Below are positions 63,994-64,000 of a stretch of 64,000 nucleotides of DNA, piece after piece. Position 1 is the stretch's first letter. Every line of letters starts with the position of its first letter. The translations under genes and the position numbers were made by a program. The stretch lies in IMG/VR virus record IMGVR_UViG_3300009314_000003, positions 64,001 to 128,000 of that record; one strand, written 5' to 3'. The stretch comes from a virus. The notes beneath the pieces are model-generated. The model worked only from the letters and a program-made list of their open reading frames with translations. It made no database searches and was not told where the DNA came from.

Positions 63994-64000
63994 AATCTTA

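Overview
The window is part of a large tailed phage genome, most likely a myovirus (gp25-like and baseplate-J genes present). Almost all of it (1-62993) is one tightly coupled + strand virion morphogenesis region. It opens inside a giant gene (reading frame open from base 1) that carries five inteins packed into about 400 aa of extein and a RecB/Cas4-like PD-(D/E)xK nuclease domain. The next gene (2634 aa) is the main finding: it carries, in order, a DEDDh 3'-5' exonuclease motif set, beta-like RNA polymerase motifs and a beta'-like ADWDGD catalytic motif. This points to a single-chain two-barrel RNA polymerase fused to an exonuclease and encoded among tail genes, so probably packaged in the virion. 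Downstream come a lytic transglycosylase-baseplate hub fusion, spike/gp25/baseplate-J genes, and a set of paralogous structural genes, one of them interrupted by an AT-rich PKD-domain insertion with 59-bp direct repeats, mosaic tandem repeats and a 39-bp inverted patch. Four LamG lectin genes, Ig-like and fibre genes, putative lysis genes, a Vsr/DUF559-like nuclease and a chimeric tRNA-Pro on the minus strand follow. All protein assignments come from motif reading by eye; no database searches were run.
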